From assembly GCF_009914755.1 (NCBI RefSeq), contig NC_060927.1: 64,000 nt of DNA; one strand, written 5' to 3'. The position numbers were made by a program, and so were the translations under genes. Below, piece after piece: positions 1-17,733 of this stretch. Every line of letters starts with the position of its first letter. Position 1 is the first letter of the stretch. The notes under the pieces are model-generated. The model saw only the letters and a program-made list of their open reading frames with translations. It was not told the origin of the DNA and did no database searches. Source of the DNA: the human T2T-CHM13v2.0 reference genome, Homo sapiens.

Positions 1-688
<688 letters not shown>

Positions 689-1208
689 CTCTTGTAAGGG
701 CAATTCACATTTATAAAGAACAATCTCCATTTGTAAGGGTGTCTTCCTTCTCTGAACCAGGAAGACAAGGATAATTAAATCACAAAAAAAAAATTCTCAT
801 TGATGGAAAAGGTATCAACTTAAATCTGCATAACAGACCTTACTCTTGTTTGCCATACTTTTCCTGCCATACTTTTCCTGATCACTTCTCTATAACTGGC
901 CTCCCCGACACCATTCTTTCTTTATTTCAGCTGAAGATAGTATTTAAGCTTGAATTCTAAGCAAGGAGGGAGGTGCCACACACTTTTAAACAACCAGATC
1001 TTATGAGAACTCACTCACTATTGTAAGGACAGCACCAAACTAAGTAACTCTCTTTGAGAGTTACTCATTTTTCCCTGGATATCTCCCACATATAGACAAG
1101 GATACATAGTCATAAGACAAAATTACAACAAATTTAGTTTAAAGATCTTAATTAGCTTTTATTTGCAATTCCAGAATCAGGCAACATTTCAATCTATAGA
1201 ATAGAATG

Positions 1209-1461
1209 GGCCAGGCGCGGTGGCTCACAAGGTCAGGAGATCAAGACCATCCTGGCTAACACAGTGAAACCCCATCTGTACTAAAAATACAAAAAACTAG
1301 CCAGGTGTGGTGGCAGGCACCTGTAGTCCCAGCTACTCGGGAGGCTGAGGCAGGAGAATGACATGAGCCCAGGAAGTGGAGCTTGCAAGTGAGCCGAGAT
1401 TGTGTCACTGCACTCCATCCCGGGAGACAAAGGGAGACTCTCTCAAAAAAAAAAAAAAAAA
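1209..1461 (+). mobile_element. Alu with left-arm deletion
   Basis: ggccaggcgcggtggctcac start, A tail. Confidence 0.9.
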
Positions 1462-1661
1462 GTTGAATGGATGTTCTGATGAGCTGAGCAGAAGGAGCTG
1501 GTTTTATAGAAAGAAATGTTGGTTTTCCTCTGTTTCTAAGGAAAGCAGAAACAGAGAACAACAACAACAAAAATGGATTGGTCATTTCAAAGTCAAAGGT
1601 TAAAGCAGAAGAGACTTTTTTTATCATGCTAGCTAAAACTGGCCTGTTTGGGAATTGGATA

Positions 1662-1664
<3 letters not shown>

Positions 1665-1691
<27 letters not shown>
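1665..1691. repeat. (CT)n microsatellite
   Basis: Direct read. Confidence 0.95.
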
Positions 1692-1692
<1 letters not shown>

Positions 1693-1999
1693 CCCCCCAC
1701 CCCTCCCGCCTCTCCCCTACTCCCTTTTTCTCTCCTGATTTCTCAAAAAGTCAGATAAATAACTTAGTTTCAGCTTGGTAGCATGGAACTTTAGTATGAT
1801 TCCATTTTGGTTTGGTCTATTGGGCATAGGAAAGGATCTCAATTTAAATCAGTCACCTCCTATAAATTTTATTTAACACATGTTATGTTAATAAACTTGT
1901 TTGTTTTTCTATGGTTAATCTTCATTTGTTACAAGGGGTCCCACCTAAGAAGTATGAAGGGTAGAGGAAAAAAATTTTTCTCCCTTACAGTTTCAATTA

Positions 2000-2832
2000 T
2001 ACATCTTTTTAAAAAAAGTTAGTGATGTCCTAGAGTTTTCCATTTACATTTACAACTAATATAAGTAAATCTTCTTTCAAATAACATTACACCACTTCAT
2101 ATGTAGTACAAGTATCTTAATGACAGAGTATTCCCAATTCCTCCCTCTCATCCTTTATGACGTTTCTGTCATTTACTTCACTTATCTAGAAGCGATCATC
2201 ACTCAGCACATTGTTGCTATTATTATTTTTAACAAACTATTAACTGCTAAATAAACTGAGAATCAGAAAAATAAGAGGTTATACATTACCTTCATTTATT
2301 CTTTCTATAATGCTCTTTCTTTAATATGAGCTTTTGAATTATTTACCTTCTTTCTGAAGAACTTCTGTTAATGTTTCTTGCAAGGCAGGTCTATTGGTGA
2401 CAAATTCCCTCAGCTTTCATTTTTCTAAGAATGTCTTTATTTCTCCTTCATTTTGAAGGATAATTTCACTCAATACAGAATTTCAGATTGATCATTTTTT
2501 CTTTCAATAATTTAAATATTTCACTTCACTCTTCTTGCATGGATAGTTTCTGAGAAGTCTAATGTAATTCCTCCAAAGGTAAGGTGGCTTTTTTTTCTGG
2601 CTACTTTCATGATTTTCTCTTTGTCTTTGATTTCCTGCAATTTGAATATATGTCTAGATGTTGATTTTTTTTGTTCATTTATCGTGGTTGGTGTTATGTC
2701 ACCTTCCTGGATTTGTGAATTGGTATCTGCCATTATTTTTGGAAAAGTCACAGCCATTATCACTTCAAACATTTCTTCAAATGATTTTTCCTTTCACTCT
2801 TTCTGATCTTTCTGTTGTTTCCATTATGCATA
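2000..2832 (-). mobile_element. Old L1 fragment (ORF1-region remnant)
   Basis: Minus-strand ORF 2521-2772 (FPKIMADTNSQIQEG...KDKEKIMKVARKK) resembles L1 ORF1p. Confidence 0.7.
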
Positions 2833-3432
2833 TGTAGGATATAATAAATTCCTCTTCAAAGGTTTGAGCCTGTAAATTGTTAAGTACAACGAGTTCTGAG
2901 ATCCTCTCCAAAGAAACAATGTATCAATGTGTTCAGCTCCCCGTTCTTTGTTCTTCATTTTAAAGTTTAACTTCCTCGTTCTCCTCGTGTCCTTGCCCCT
3001 AGTTTCAGTAAATAACCCACCAGTTCTAATCAGTCGTTCACATGTGTTCTCCTGGTCACCTGCTCCTTCCTGAGTCACCCCTGGTCACTTGCTCTGACCT
3101 AAGTCACCTTTAGTCACCTGTTCCATAACTGTCTTTCTCGCCAAAGCTACTCACCCTGTCACTCCAACTCATACCCCACTGTCTTTAAAATAGCCAATTG
3201 GAATTAACTTAGACTGTTTGGTCCAACCCTAGCCAATAGGGGAACAACACAGCAGTAGGGGCTACCTATGTCAGGAATAAAAACCCCTTCCCCTCCCTTG
3301 TTCAGGTGTGCTCTTGCCATTGCTCCATCCACGAGTCACACCCTTCTATAGAAGTAAAATTGCCTTGCTGAGAAAATTAAATTTATGTTTTAGTGCTATT
3401 TCTTTTGTGGCACCAAAAATTTGCTTCTAATA
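2833..3432 (+). mobile_element. Solo ERV1 LTR (LTR10-like)
   Basis: Starts tgtaggatataataaattcctcttcaaagg; internal gtcacc repeats, CCAAT boxes; 4-bp TSD cata. Confidence 0.75.
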
Positions 3433-3474
3433 CATATGTCACACTATTTGTAATTGTCCCATAATTCTTGGATA

Positions 3475-3710
3475 CAGGCATACATTGTGTTATTACACTT
3501 CACTTTATTGCACTTCACAGATATTATGCTTTTTACAAATTGAAGGTTTGCGGCAACCTTGTGTCAAGCAAGTCTATTGGCACCATTTTTCCAACAGCTT
3601 GTGCTCACTTCATTAGCATTTTATATGCACTGGGAAACCAAAAATTTAGTGTGACTTGCTTTGTTGCAGTGGTGTGGAGCCAAGCCTGTAATATCTCTGA
3701 GGTGTGCCTA
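3475..3710. mobile_element. Internally deleted Tigger1-type DNA transposon
   Basis: Both Tigger ends (caggcatac... and ...gaggtgtgcct) flanked by TA. Confidence 0.75.
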
Positions 3711-4959
3711 TATTCTGTTCGATTTTTTTCGTTCTTTTTTTTATTCTTTTATTTTCAGTTTGGGAAGTTTTTATTGATATATCTTTAATTTCACTGATTT
3801 TTTTCTTTGGATGTGTTCATTACAATAGCTAAAGCATGCATGTGGTACAAAATTCGAGTCAAAAGAGTATACAATGAAAAGGAATTTCTCCTACTTCTTT
3901 CTCTGAGCCACCACATTTTCCTTCCCAGAGGAAACACCTGTGTATACATGTAAGTAATCGTGTCTATGTTTCCTTTTGATTTTTTAAATAAAACTTATAG
4001 CATAATATATGCATTTCTGTATCTTGCTTTTTTTTATCCTTCAGTATATTTTACAGATAATTCCATATCAGTATACATGATGCAGAAACTCTAGAATTTC
4101 AATTATTTTCAATGACTGCATAGTAACCCATTGTATGTATGGCTATCCTATAATTCATCAGTTTTGCACTGATGGGCATTTAAACTCTCTTATCTTTGCT
4201 ATATGAATTTAGAAATGAATTTCCTTAGTCACCCGTCATTTCAGCATGTAGGAGTACACCTGTAAGATAAATTCCTAGAAATAGAATTGCTAGGTCAAAG
4301 GTTTGTAAATTTGCAATTTGGGTACTTATTGTTAAACTGTTCTTCATAGCATTATTGCCAATTTCTGCTTCCATCAGCAAAGTATAATAATGCCTGTTTT
4401 CCTGCTACTTCCTCAATTACAGTATATTTTAAAACTTATATTTTCTAAAATGAAATATATTTTTTTATTTTGAATAAAATTGAGCCCTTTTATTCTGTAT
4501 TGGTGTTTTCTGTGAACTGTTGATATTGTGTTGATTTTTCTAATGAGCTGCTAATACTGTTGAATTATAGGTACTTTCTCATGTATTAGGGAAATTAGTC
4601 CATCGTCTGTGACATGAGTTGCAATTTTTCACCCAGATTGCTGTCTGCCACTTTTAGTTTATGTACTTTTGCTGCTTTTAAATTTTTTTAAGTAATTGAA
4701 TGTATCATTTTCTCTCTTACGGCATTTGGGTATTGCTTTATAAAATTTCCTGTGCTACAGAATGTATGAGGATTTAATGAAGTACACTTATACTTCATTT
4801 TTTCCATTTAATCTTTATCTGGAATTTATTTTGATGTGAGGTATGAGTTTGAGTTGGGATCCAACTTTACTTTTTCTAGATGGCTACCCAGTTGTGTCAA
4901 TATCATTTGCTGAATTTTACAAGTTTTTTTAAAAATCAAGAATGTATGTTGAATTTTAA

Positions 4960-5151
<192 letters not shown>

Positions 5152-5216
5152 TAGAAATACTTTATTATAATTTTTATTTGATTTAGGATTTTTCCAGTAA
5201 TATTCATGAGTATGAA

Positions 5217-5519
<303 letters not shown>

Positions 5520-5683
5520 ATGAGTAAGAATTTCTATGGTCAATGTATATGTATATGCTGTATGGGTGTTTTATGAGACTTTGGTATAAATGTTATGCTC
5601 ACTTCATGAATAGAATTTGAAATGCTTCCTCTTTTTTCTGTGCTTAAGGCAGAATCAACAGCAACCAACTCTCTGTTCCTTAA

Positions 5684-6133
<450 letters not shown>

Positions 6134-6649
6134 TAAATTATATTTTCTTGGAATCTTGTCCATTTCATTCAAGTTTTCAAATTTATTATGTAGAACTGAC
6201 TGATCATGCAATGCTTTTAAGTTTTCCTGTATCTATGGTTATTTCCCCTTTATCATTTTGTATTTTGATGTGCTCCTCTTTCTTTCTTGAGCCAACCACC
6301 CTATTGTTGCCTTTTTCAAATCTCTTATTAGTATTCCCATTTCCATTTCTATTTTTTATTTTCTTCTTTTATTCTTACGAATTCCTTCTTTCGGCTTTTC
6401 TTAGGTTTACCTTGCTATTTTTTCTGAATTATTTAATTTACTTTTATTTTGAATTTTTAAAAGCACTGTATTGGTATATCCCACAGGTACTAATATGCAG
6501 AGCTTGCTCTTTTTTTTTTCATTTTTAAGATATTCAGTAATCTCAGTTTTGAGATGGTTAAGAGGATTTCTTAATCAGTTTTTTTTTTTTTTTTACATTT
6601 TGAAAATGTTATACAATTTTGCATTGTTTTATTCTCCACTCCTTTGTAT

Positions 6650-7370
6650 CCTACGACAGTCTCCCGCCCCGTTTCTTCACCTCAGTTCTCTAAAGATTGA
6701 AGGTCAAGAGGAGGGTTTCTTGCCCTGGAGCCTGCGATAGGGTGGGCCCTTGCGGTTCTTGGGCGGAAACGGCGATAGGGACACCCAGGGCCTAAGGAGG
6801 CTGGGGACAGAGCAGATCCTCCCAGCCCCCAACATCACCCCGGAGTAGATGCAGACCCCCAGGGTCCCGGAGGCCGAGACCACACCCCGCGGGCACGAGC
6901 CCGATTGGCAGATTGTAGCCGAGTGGTTTCAACGGTGACGCCCCCCACCCGAATGCCTCGCTGGGATTGGCTCATTTCTTGGTTCAGACCTGGACGGTGG
7001 CCAGAGGAGGACAAGAGGCTTTTACACCGAACGGAGGTGATGTGGACGACAACGGAGACGCAGCCGCACTTCACCAAGCGGCCGGTCCGAGGGGACATGG
7101 CGGCAACCTCTGCAGCGTCAGTGCTGCTGGCGGGTGCAAGAAACTGGTGGCGACACTGCCTGAGCCCGCTGCTGTTGCCAAGGTGACGAGGCATAAAGCC
7201 GCGGTGGATCGGTGCGTGGGGGCGCGGAGTGGGTGGTGAAGGGAGAACGAAGCTCGAGCGGAAAGACAGGACCGCGACCGCTTGTCAGGGGATTCGGCTT
7301 CCAGTCCCCCTTCCAGAGGGCGTCCTTCTGCAGCCAGGCCTCTGTCTTCCCCCGCCCCCACACGGTACGA
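6650..7370 (+). promoter_or_regulatory. CpG island promoter of the snoRNA-host transcript
   Basis: Dense CpG/GC. GC box gggcgg at 6761; inverted CCAAT (attgg) at ~6904 and ~6966; YY1-like gacatggcggc at ~7094; donor-like aag|gtgacg at 7182/7183. Confidence 0.85.
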
Positions 7371-7692
7371 GCTACAGAATGCTTTTCTGTTTTCTCTTTT
7401 TCTATAGTAAGGAAGCGCTTTCCTTTCTCCCCCGTTTATTCATTTGCTTACTTCTGGTTCCCGTGTCCTTTTAACATGTCCCCCCGTCATTCTCTGTTTA
7501 AGGACACAAGATGTTCCAGGCTCATCTTGTACTTAGCTCCTGCCTTGGAATCAGACATTTCTCCAAAGAATCCTGGTTCCTTTTTTTGGAGAATGCTATT
7601 TTACAGCCGTATCTGGGCTGTAGGTTGTGTTCGTTGCTACTAGGATGCCATCGCTTCTAGACTGTCTCAGCAGACAACGCTAGGAAATTTTA

Positions 7693-7870
7693 TGTATATA
7701 TATATGTAGAGAGAGAGAGATGCAAACACACATATTTATGTACATATGTGTGTGTATGTACGTATATATACATGTATATTTATATGTATACACACACCCT
7801 CCCCACACACATCCATACATGCATCAATCCAGGCACATCTATATCTGTTTTATATCTATCTATCTACATG
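7693..7870. repeat. (TA)/(TG)/(CA) low-complexity tract within an old L1 end
   Basis: Direct read. Confidence 0.7.
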
Positions 7871-9465
7871 TATGTTTAAAAAACAGCTGAGTTCATACTG
7901 TTAACTCAGTTCCAGTGCAGCATCTCACGGTTCAATCAGATTTGCCCTTTCTGTAATTGTAACTGTTTTCTGAGAGTGAGAAAGCTGGCTCTCCTTATCC
8001 ACAAGATATTCACTTTTTTGCTCAATCGTGTGCAAAAAGTAGATTCAAAATTGCTAACCCATACCACTGTGTAAAAACAGACCAACTAGCCAGAGTTCAA
8101 TATTGGTTTACAGTTATGTTTGTCTTTAGTTTCTGTAATTAAAACTGTATTATACAGGTTATGAAGGCAGTCATAGAGGTTTTATGACTATAGAGGTTAC
8201 AAAGTCTCTATAATTAAGATGTGGAACTAGTGTGTGAATAATATAAAAAGACAAGTAGAATAGAATAGAAAATCCAGAAATAACCCCAAGTGCAGGTAGA
8301 AAGTTAAAGATAAAGGTGCTATCACATATCATTGGAGCAGAGTTGGGCTTTGTAATACACAGAGCTGGGCCAACTGGTTGGCCATTTGGAAAAAGATAAA
8401 ATTAGATCTACACCTTATAGCGTAACAAAAATGAAGTCTAAATGGATCAGGGATCTAAATGTGAAAAATGAAACAATACAAGTACTAAAAGAAAAAGGCT
8501 TTCTAACTATGACTCAAAAAACCATAAGCAATAAAATAAAAAGTTGATAAATTTGACCACATAAAACAAATAGCATGGCAAATACATCATAAAGTCAAAA
8601 GACAACTGAAAAAAAAAACTGGATTGGGAGAAAATATCTGTAGCACGTATCACGGGTAAAGGATGAAGATCTTTCATATTTAAATTTGAATTTTAAAACT
8701 TTTCCAAATCAATTTTCTCTGTTTACATTCAGCAGTGGCAAAGTGACTTTATCTTTTACATAAGAATATGTCAAAAAAGTAGCAAGTTATACTGCTTTTA
8801 AAGATAAGAGTCATCCGTTTAAAAATACTTATTATATCATGTGTCTTAGGGCCCCAAAGGAAACCCTAACACAGGAATTCCTGTGCAAATAATTAGAAAG
8901 TTTCCAGGAAAAAATCACAGGGTAATAGAGAAATAGAATAGAAAGGGAAGGAAGGCCAGTGAGCAAGCTGCTCTAAGCCTGTTCCCCTGGAGGTGGCTCA
9001 GTGCTGCTTAACTCTAAGTCAGTGTGCATGGTCAATTCCTGGAGTCGTCCTTACCAGAGAACCAGCAGGCTGGTGTGTTTATGTCTCTACCGAGTCATTA
9101 GTTAAGGTCTGCCCTCAGGGAGACCTAACTTCCCAGATACTTGGGGTTTTATAAAAATATAAAACATCATACTTAAGACTTAGTATAAAGTTGTCCATTC
9201 AGAACCTTCTTTTTAACTATTGTCCCTGTACGCAGGGAGTTTTTGTTTCAAATTAAACAAAAACTAGGGTTGCAGATATGGTTTATAGGACTGTATCTCA
9301 ACAGACTGACAAACTGAAGCTTTCTTTCTGGGTAGACTGGGATCCATGCCTTTTCTGTTCACTGTTGTCAAGTTTAAATGCAGTGTGCAACATGAAAACC
9401 GCAGTGATGTGTTATTAGTTGGGAATCTTTGTCATTTGGGATATCTGCATGCTATCTGTTTTCAG

Positions 9466-9582
9466 AGCTCACTGCTGTATTAGCTGTGAAGTAAAGCTTG
9501 TTTTAACAAAGCAATAGGCTTCATTAAGATCAAGGCTGTGTATAAGTCATGGTTTCCTACTGGAAAGATAATTATCTTTAAG
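9466..9582 (+). other. Candidate internal exon of the host lncRNA
   Basis: ttttcag| acceptor and aag|gtaaat donor in unique sequence; no transcript evidence available. Confidence 0.3.
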
Positions 9583-9967
9583 GTAAATGATAACCAGTGA
9601 ATACATATCGGAACAACTTCCCTGGAGATGTCAATGCAGAGCTTATTCCCTGTTTATACATCTTAAACACAGAATAATAATGTAGGAAATGTCTATTTTG
9701 ATTTTTCCTAGGCCTTTTTTTAGCCAGTGATATTTAGGATATGGGAGGGAAAATAGCCTAATGAAGCAAGTTGCTACACATGAATATCTAGAGGTGATAC
9801 TAAGACTTTCGAAAAATAGACTTTATTTTATTTTTAAAATGGTTTTAGGTTTCCAGAAAAAAGTTACAGGTTTACAGAGAAGATAGTACAAAGAGTTCCC
9901 ATATACCTTGCACCCTATTATTCCTGTTATTAACATTTTATGTTAGTATGGTAAATTTGTGGTGTAA

Positions 9968-10307
<340 letters not shown>

Positions 10308-10634
10308 AGTGTGATACAATTAATGAACCAACATTGATGTGTTATTATGAACTAAGGTCCACAATTTATTCAGGTTTTCTTAGTTTTTATGTAAAGTGCT
10401 TTTTCTGTTCCAGAATCTTATCCAGGATACCACATTCCATTTTGCTGTCATGTTTCTTTAGACCCCTCTAGGCTGTGACAGTTTCTCAGATTTTTCGTAT
10501 TTTTGGTGACCTTGACAGTTTGGAGGAGTATTACTCAGGTATTTTGTAGGATATCTTTCTGTTAGAATTGACTGATGTTTTCCTCTGGATTAGACTTGAA
10601 TTTGGGGCTTTGGGGAGGAAGACCACAGATATAA

Positions 10635-10959
<325 letters not shown>

Positions 10960-11274
10960 TGATTCTCATCACATCAGATTGAGAGTTATGATGGTTGCTG
11001 TTGACCTTAATTACATGGCTGAGGTAGTATTTGAAAGGGTTCTGTGCTAGAAAGTTACTCTTCTACCCTCCTTCCACTCTGTACTATTAGGAAGGATATC
11101 ACAATGTCCAACTCACACTTAAGTGAAACATTTTTTCCTAACTTTTCAAAAGGAGCAGGTTGTTTTGGATGAAGCAGATAAAAATGTTGAACCAAGGAAT
11201 TAAGGATCAAATCCATGAGATTTACTAGAAATTAAATACAAGTACTCATGTGTGCACATGAGTTTTCTCCAGCT

Positions 11275-11411
11275 GGCAGGTTGGATTCATTGTTACAATA
11301 TAGCTGTGAAGTGCTATGTTGTCCTTGCCCCCTGCTCAAAGCAATTGTTTCCCACAATCTCTGTCTCACTCGGTTCTATAGTAAGACATGGACGCTTGGT
11401 CTCAAACATTA
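11275..11411 (+). ncRNA. SNORA63D: H/ACA snoRNA, SNORA63 (E3) family copy
   Basis: Matches recalled SNORA63 (tacaatatagctg..aagtgct..ttgtc..ccccctgct; ggacgcttggtctca). H box aaagca 11338-11343, ACA 11406-11408. Paralog letter from recall. Confidence 0.85.
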
Positions 11412-11472
11412 TTTCTCTAAGTATTGTTATGAAACTATTACATCTCCTTAATTGATTTGCCAATATAATTAG

Positions 11473-11775
<303 letters not shown>

Positions 11776-11984
11776 AGTTATTGGCTCTTTTTAAAGATTG
11801 TGTTGCTTTCTGCCTCAATATTAATATGTTGGAAGTTACCAAGAAGTTCATGACAGATCTATTTCAAATTCTGGTGAAGAAGGAAGAATTGGCCCTTGAA
11901 AGAATCAGTGTTTTACAATAATTTTGAAAGAGGGTAATGTTTTTCTAATTGATATACATAAAAACCATAGCCAGGGATTTAAAA

Positions 11985-12477
<493 letters not shown>

Positions 12478-12782
12478 TATATTTAAGCAGAATTAGTAAA
12501 ATCAATGAATAACTATTCTCTTCCAATGGTAGGGATGAGGTATAGAAATCAAATGGCTTTTTATTCCAACTCTGACATGAATTAACATTTTCTTCTTGGG
12601 AATACTATAAGGAAGGAAATTGTATGCTCTTTATGACAAGAGATTGACCAGTCAGGTTGTTCCTTGTAGAACACAGAGTGAAAGGTATCCGGGCTTCTAA
12701 GAAACAGCATATGCCAGTTTCTGGTGTGATAAGAGCTGCTCTTCCCTAGTATTGCTAATTAAGATGCTATTAATATCTGATT

Positions 12783-13217
12783 ATAGTTGAGCCTTGAACG
12801 ACATGATTAGGGGCACCAACCCCCATACAGTCGAAAATCTGCATATAATTTGACTCCCCAAAAACTTTACTATGAACAGCTTAATGTTGACCAGAAGCCC
12901 TACTAATAATAGTCGATTAAACACATATTTTGTATGTTATACATATGATATATTGTATTCTTACAATAAAAGAAACTAGAGAAAAGAAAATGTTATTAAG
13001 AAAATCGTAAGGAAGAGAAAATACTTTTACTATTCATTAGGTGGAAATGGATCACCATAAAGGTCTTCATCTTCCTCATGTTCATGTCAAGTAGGCTAAG
13101 GAGGAGGAGAGAGTGGAGGGGTTGGTCTTGCTGTCTAAAGGGTGGCAGAAGGAGAAGAAAAGCCACGTGTAAGTGGTCCTGCCCAGTTCAGACCCGTTTC
13201 CTTCAAGGGTCCACTGT
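12783..13217. mobile_element. Tigger2a/MER28-type DNA transposon
   Basis: Terminal inverted repeats (t/c)agttga.ccttgaa ... ttcaagggtccactg with TA flanks; ~435 bp. Confidence 0.8.
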
Positions 13218-13234
13218 ATTTTCTTAGTAAACTG

Positions 13235-13367
13235 AGGCAGGATCTAGTTACATTGTAGCTGTGAAGTGCTGCATTGTCTTTGCCCCCTGCTCAAAATAAA
13301 ACTGTTACCTTTCAAGCCCTGTCTGCCATGGTGCTGTAGCAGCAGGGATGTTTGGTCTCATACATGT
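13235..13367 (+). ncRNA. SNORA63E: H/ACA snoRNA, SNORA63 (E3) family copy
   Basis: Close to recalled SNORA63; H box aaataa ~13294, ACA 13362-13364 (ctcatacatgt); ~65 nt upstream of an acceptor. Paralog letter from recall. Confidence 0.9.
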
Positions 13368-13553
13368 TTACCAATTTAAGTACTGACTTGACAAATGACT
13401 CTTGAGAATTAGGGGTTGGTGGTGTTTTGCAGGTAGCGACAGAAGGAAGAAAACATTATCAGGAGGGAATTCAGATAAAGGACAAACCATATTTTGACTG
13501 CTACTGACTTGTTGGTAAGTATTCCATTTCTTTATTTAATGACAGTATCTATC

Positions 13554-13684
13554 TAGCAAAATTTGGTTTAGAGGGAAAGTTTATAGTAGACTTTGCCAGC
13601 TGAAGTTGTAGGGGGATAAAGATCACACTCCACAGTGAACTATGCTGTTATATATAGTTCATTACTCTTATGTGGCCTAGAAGA
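13554..13684 (+). ncRNA. SNORA4-like copy (ACA box altered; possibly a pseudogene)
   Basis: cacactccacagtgaactat...atagttcattact..tgtggccta matches the recalled SNORA4 3' hairpin; ends cctAGAaga. Confidence 0.75.
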
Positions 13685-13801
13685 GTATGCAGCAGTTGCT
13701 TTTTGAAGCATAAATATACTATCATATCTGAGGTTCTTGTTGCCCAGAAGGAGTCAGGAGTGACAGATAACATGTGACTATTGAAATGCGCTTAATGCAA
13801 C

Positions 13802-14100
<299 letters not shown>

Positions 14101-15031
14101 TATTTCATTTAATTTTAATTAATTTAAATTTAAATAGCCATATGTGGCTAGTGACTATTTATTGGACAGCATAGTCCTAAACAACAGTGAACATTTCAGA
14201 GCTGGCATCTGTAGTTAATTCTGAAAGTGTATCAAAATGGATTCATAACTGTTCCTTTTGTTTTGTGCCTGGTGTTTACTTCTGTCCCAGACTGACATGA
14301 CACCCACTCTTGGCTGGCCCACTTTGGTAGGGGCTTTAATTTTACTACCCTAAACCCAATACTTTCATCTGCTTTATAAGTAATAATGTTCATTTCGCAG
14401 CCAGATGAGCCTTAACTCCGTTTATACTAAATGCAAAAGAAATCTTTTGTTTTTCTCTAGATATTTTGATCAGTATCTTGTATTCCATTTAGAAGCACTC
14501 TACATATAATTCTGGCAAATAAACAGCCACTGATGATTAACTAGTAGCTCAGATTGTTCAGTGGTTCACGTAGTACTTGCTGAATAATATTCTGATTCAT
14601 ATGTTTTCTTTTGTTCAGAACTGGCAGTCGGGGTCAACTTGGGAAGACAGCTGTGACCATAAATATTAAAGAAGACAAAAGGATTCTTTGTGACACTGAG
14701 ACCTTCTGCAGTACCACAGTGGAGGAAATGCCAGTGTACACAACTGGCCTCATTTAATTCCTGGGAGGAGATAGTTTGGGATGCAGTGCTTGTTGTTGCT
14801 GAGCAGGCGATCACAGCATGCACTGTGTTTCTTTCTTTGAGAATATTTGAATCCTGCCTGAATACTCGTAACAGATGAGAGACGCAGGTTTTGATAGCAT
14901 AGATTTACGCTGTCATTAGTCATGAGCTCTTGGGACGAAAGTAATTGGTTTTATCCTCTTTAGAGTTAGACCCTGTGGTTGGGTATGAAAGATGAGTGTC
15001 TGTAAAAATCCTTCTTAGAAATGTATTTCCT

Positions 15032-15058
15032 CAAGACTCTGTCTCAAAAAAAAAAAAA
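15032..15058 (+). mobile_element. Extremely 5'-truncated Alu (14 nt plus poly-A)
   Basis: caagactctgtctc + A run between 15-bp TSDs agaaat(g/t)tatttcct (15017-15031, 15059-15073). Confidence 0.85.
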
Positions 15059-15401
15059 AGAAATTTATTTCCTAGTTCTGTAAAAATCGCTATATTGAGT
15101 GTTCTCTATCACTTAATAATATACTTATTATTAAGTGGACTTAAAGATATGCAGTGTATAAAATCAGCTAATTACGTTAAACCATGGTATCTCCCTTTAT
15201 TGTGTTAGACTGAATAGAACAAACTTTAAAATAATTTTTTAAAGAATATATTTGAATTCATTTTGTTTGATAATATGTTTTTATTCAGAAAAGCATTTTA
15301 TTAGCGCTAGGTGTGAACCCGAGCCTTTTGCTAAATACCAGCAGCAATCATGTCCTAGAGTTAAATCCCAGAAAAATTGCCATATTATATATTAAAGGTT
15401 C

Positions 15402-15417
15402 AATAAATTACAATAAA
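15402..15417 (+). terminator. Tandem polyadenylation signals
   Basis: aataaa at 15402-15407 and 15412-15417, at the end of the EIF4A2-like UTR. Confidence 0.7.
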
Positions 15418-15552
15418 GTATTTTTTCTTTAAAGTGATTTGGTCCTTATTCCTTAAAAATCATACTTTTTGCCATAACTCCATATTTGCAAAGGAAGAAG
15501 ATGAAATGAAATAGTACTCTATAGTAAATATTTTATTCCAGTTACAAAATTA

Positions 15553-16180
<628 letters not shown>

Positions 16181-16227
16181 TGGGTCCTATAAAAGAAAAA
16201 TTGACATTGAACGTGATCTTTTTTTAA

Positions 16228-17733
<1,506 letters not shown>

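Noticed and set aside
9401-9475. Possible C/D snoRNA (SNORD2 homolog expected from EIF4A2): gcagtga...tcactgc terminal stem with a gtgatgt C-like box
   Set aside because: No terminal CTGA D box and no recognisable SNORD2 guide; upstream EIF4A2 exons and SNORD2 could not be identified by eye
13681-13730. Possible remnant of the EIF4A2 ARGIDVQQVS exon
   Set aside because: Similarity too short and weak, and no acceptor; not supportable without alignment
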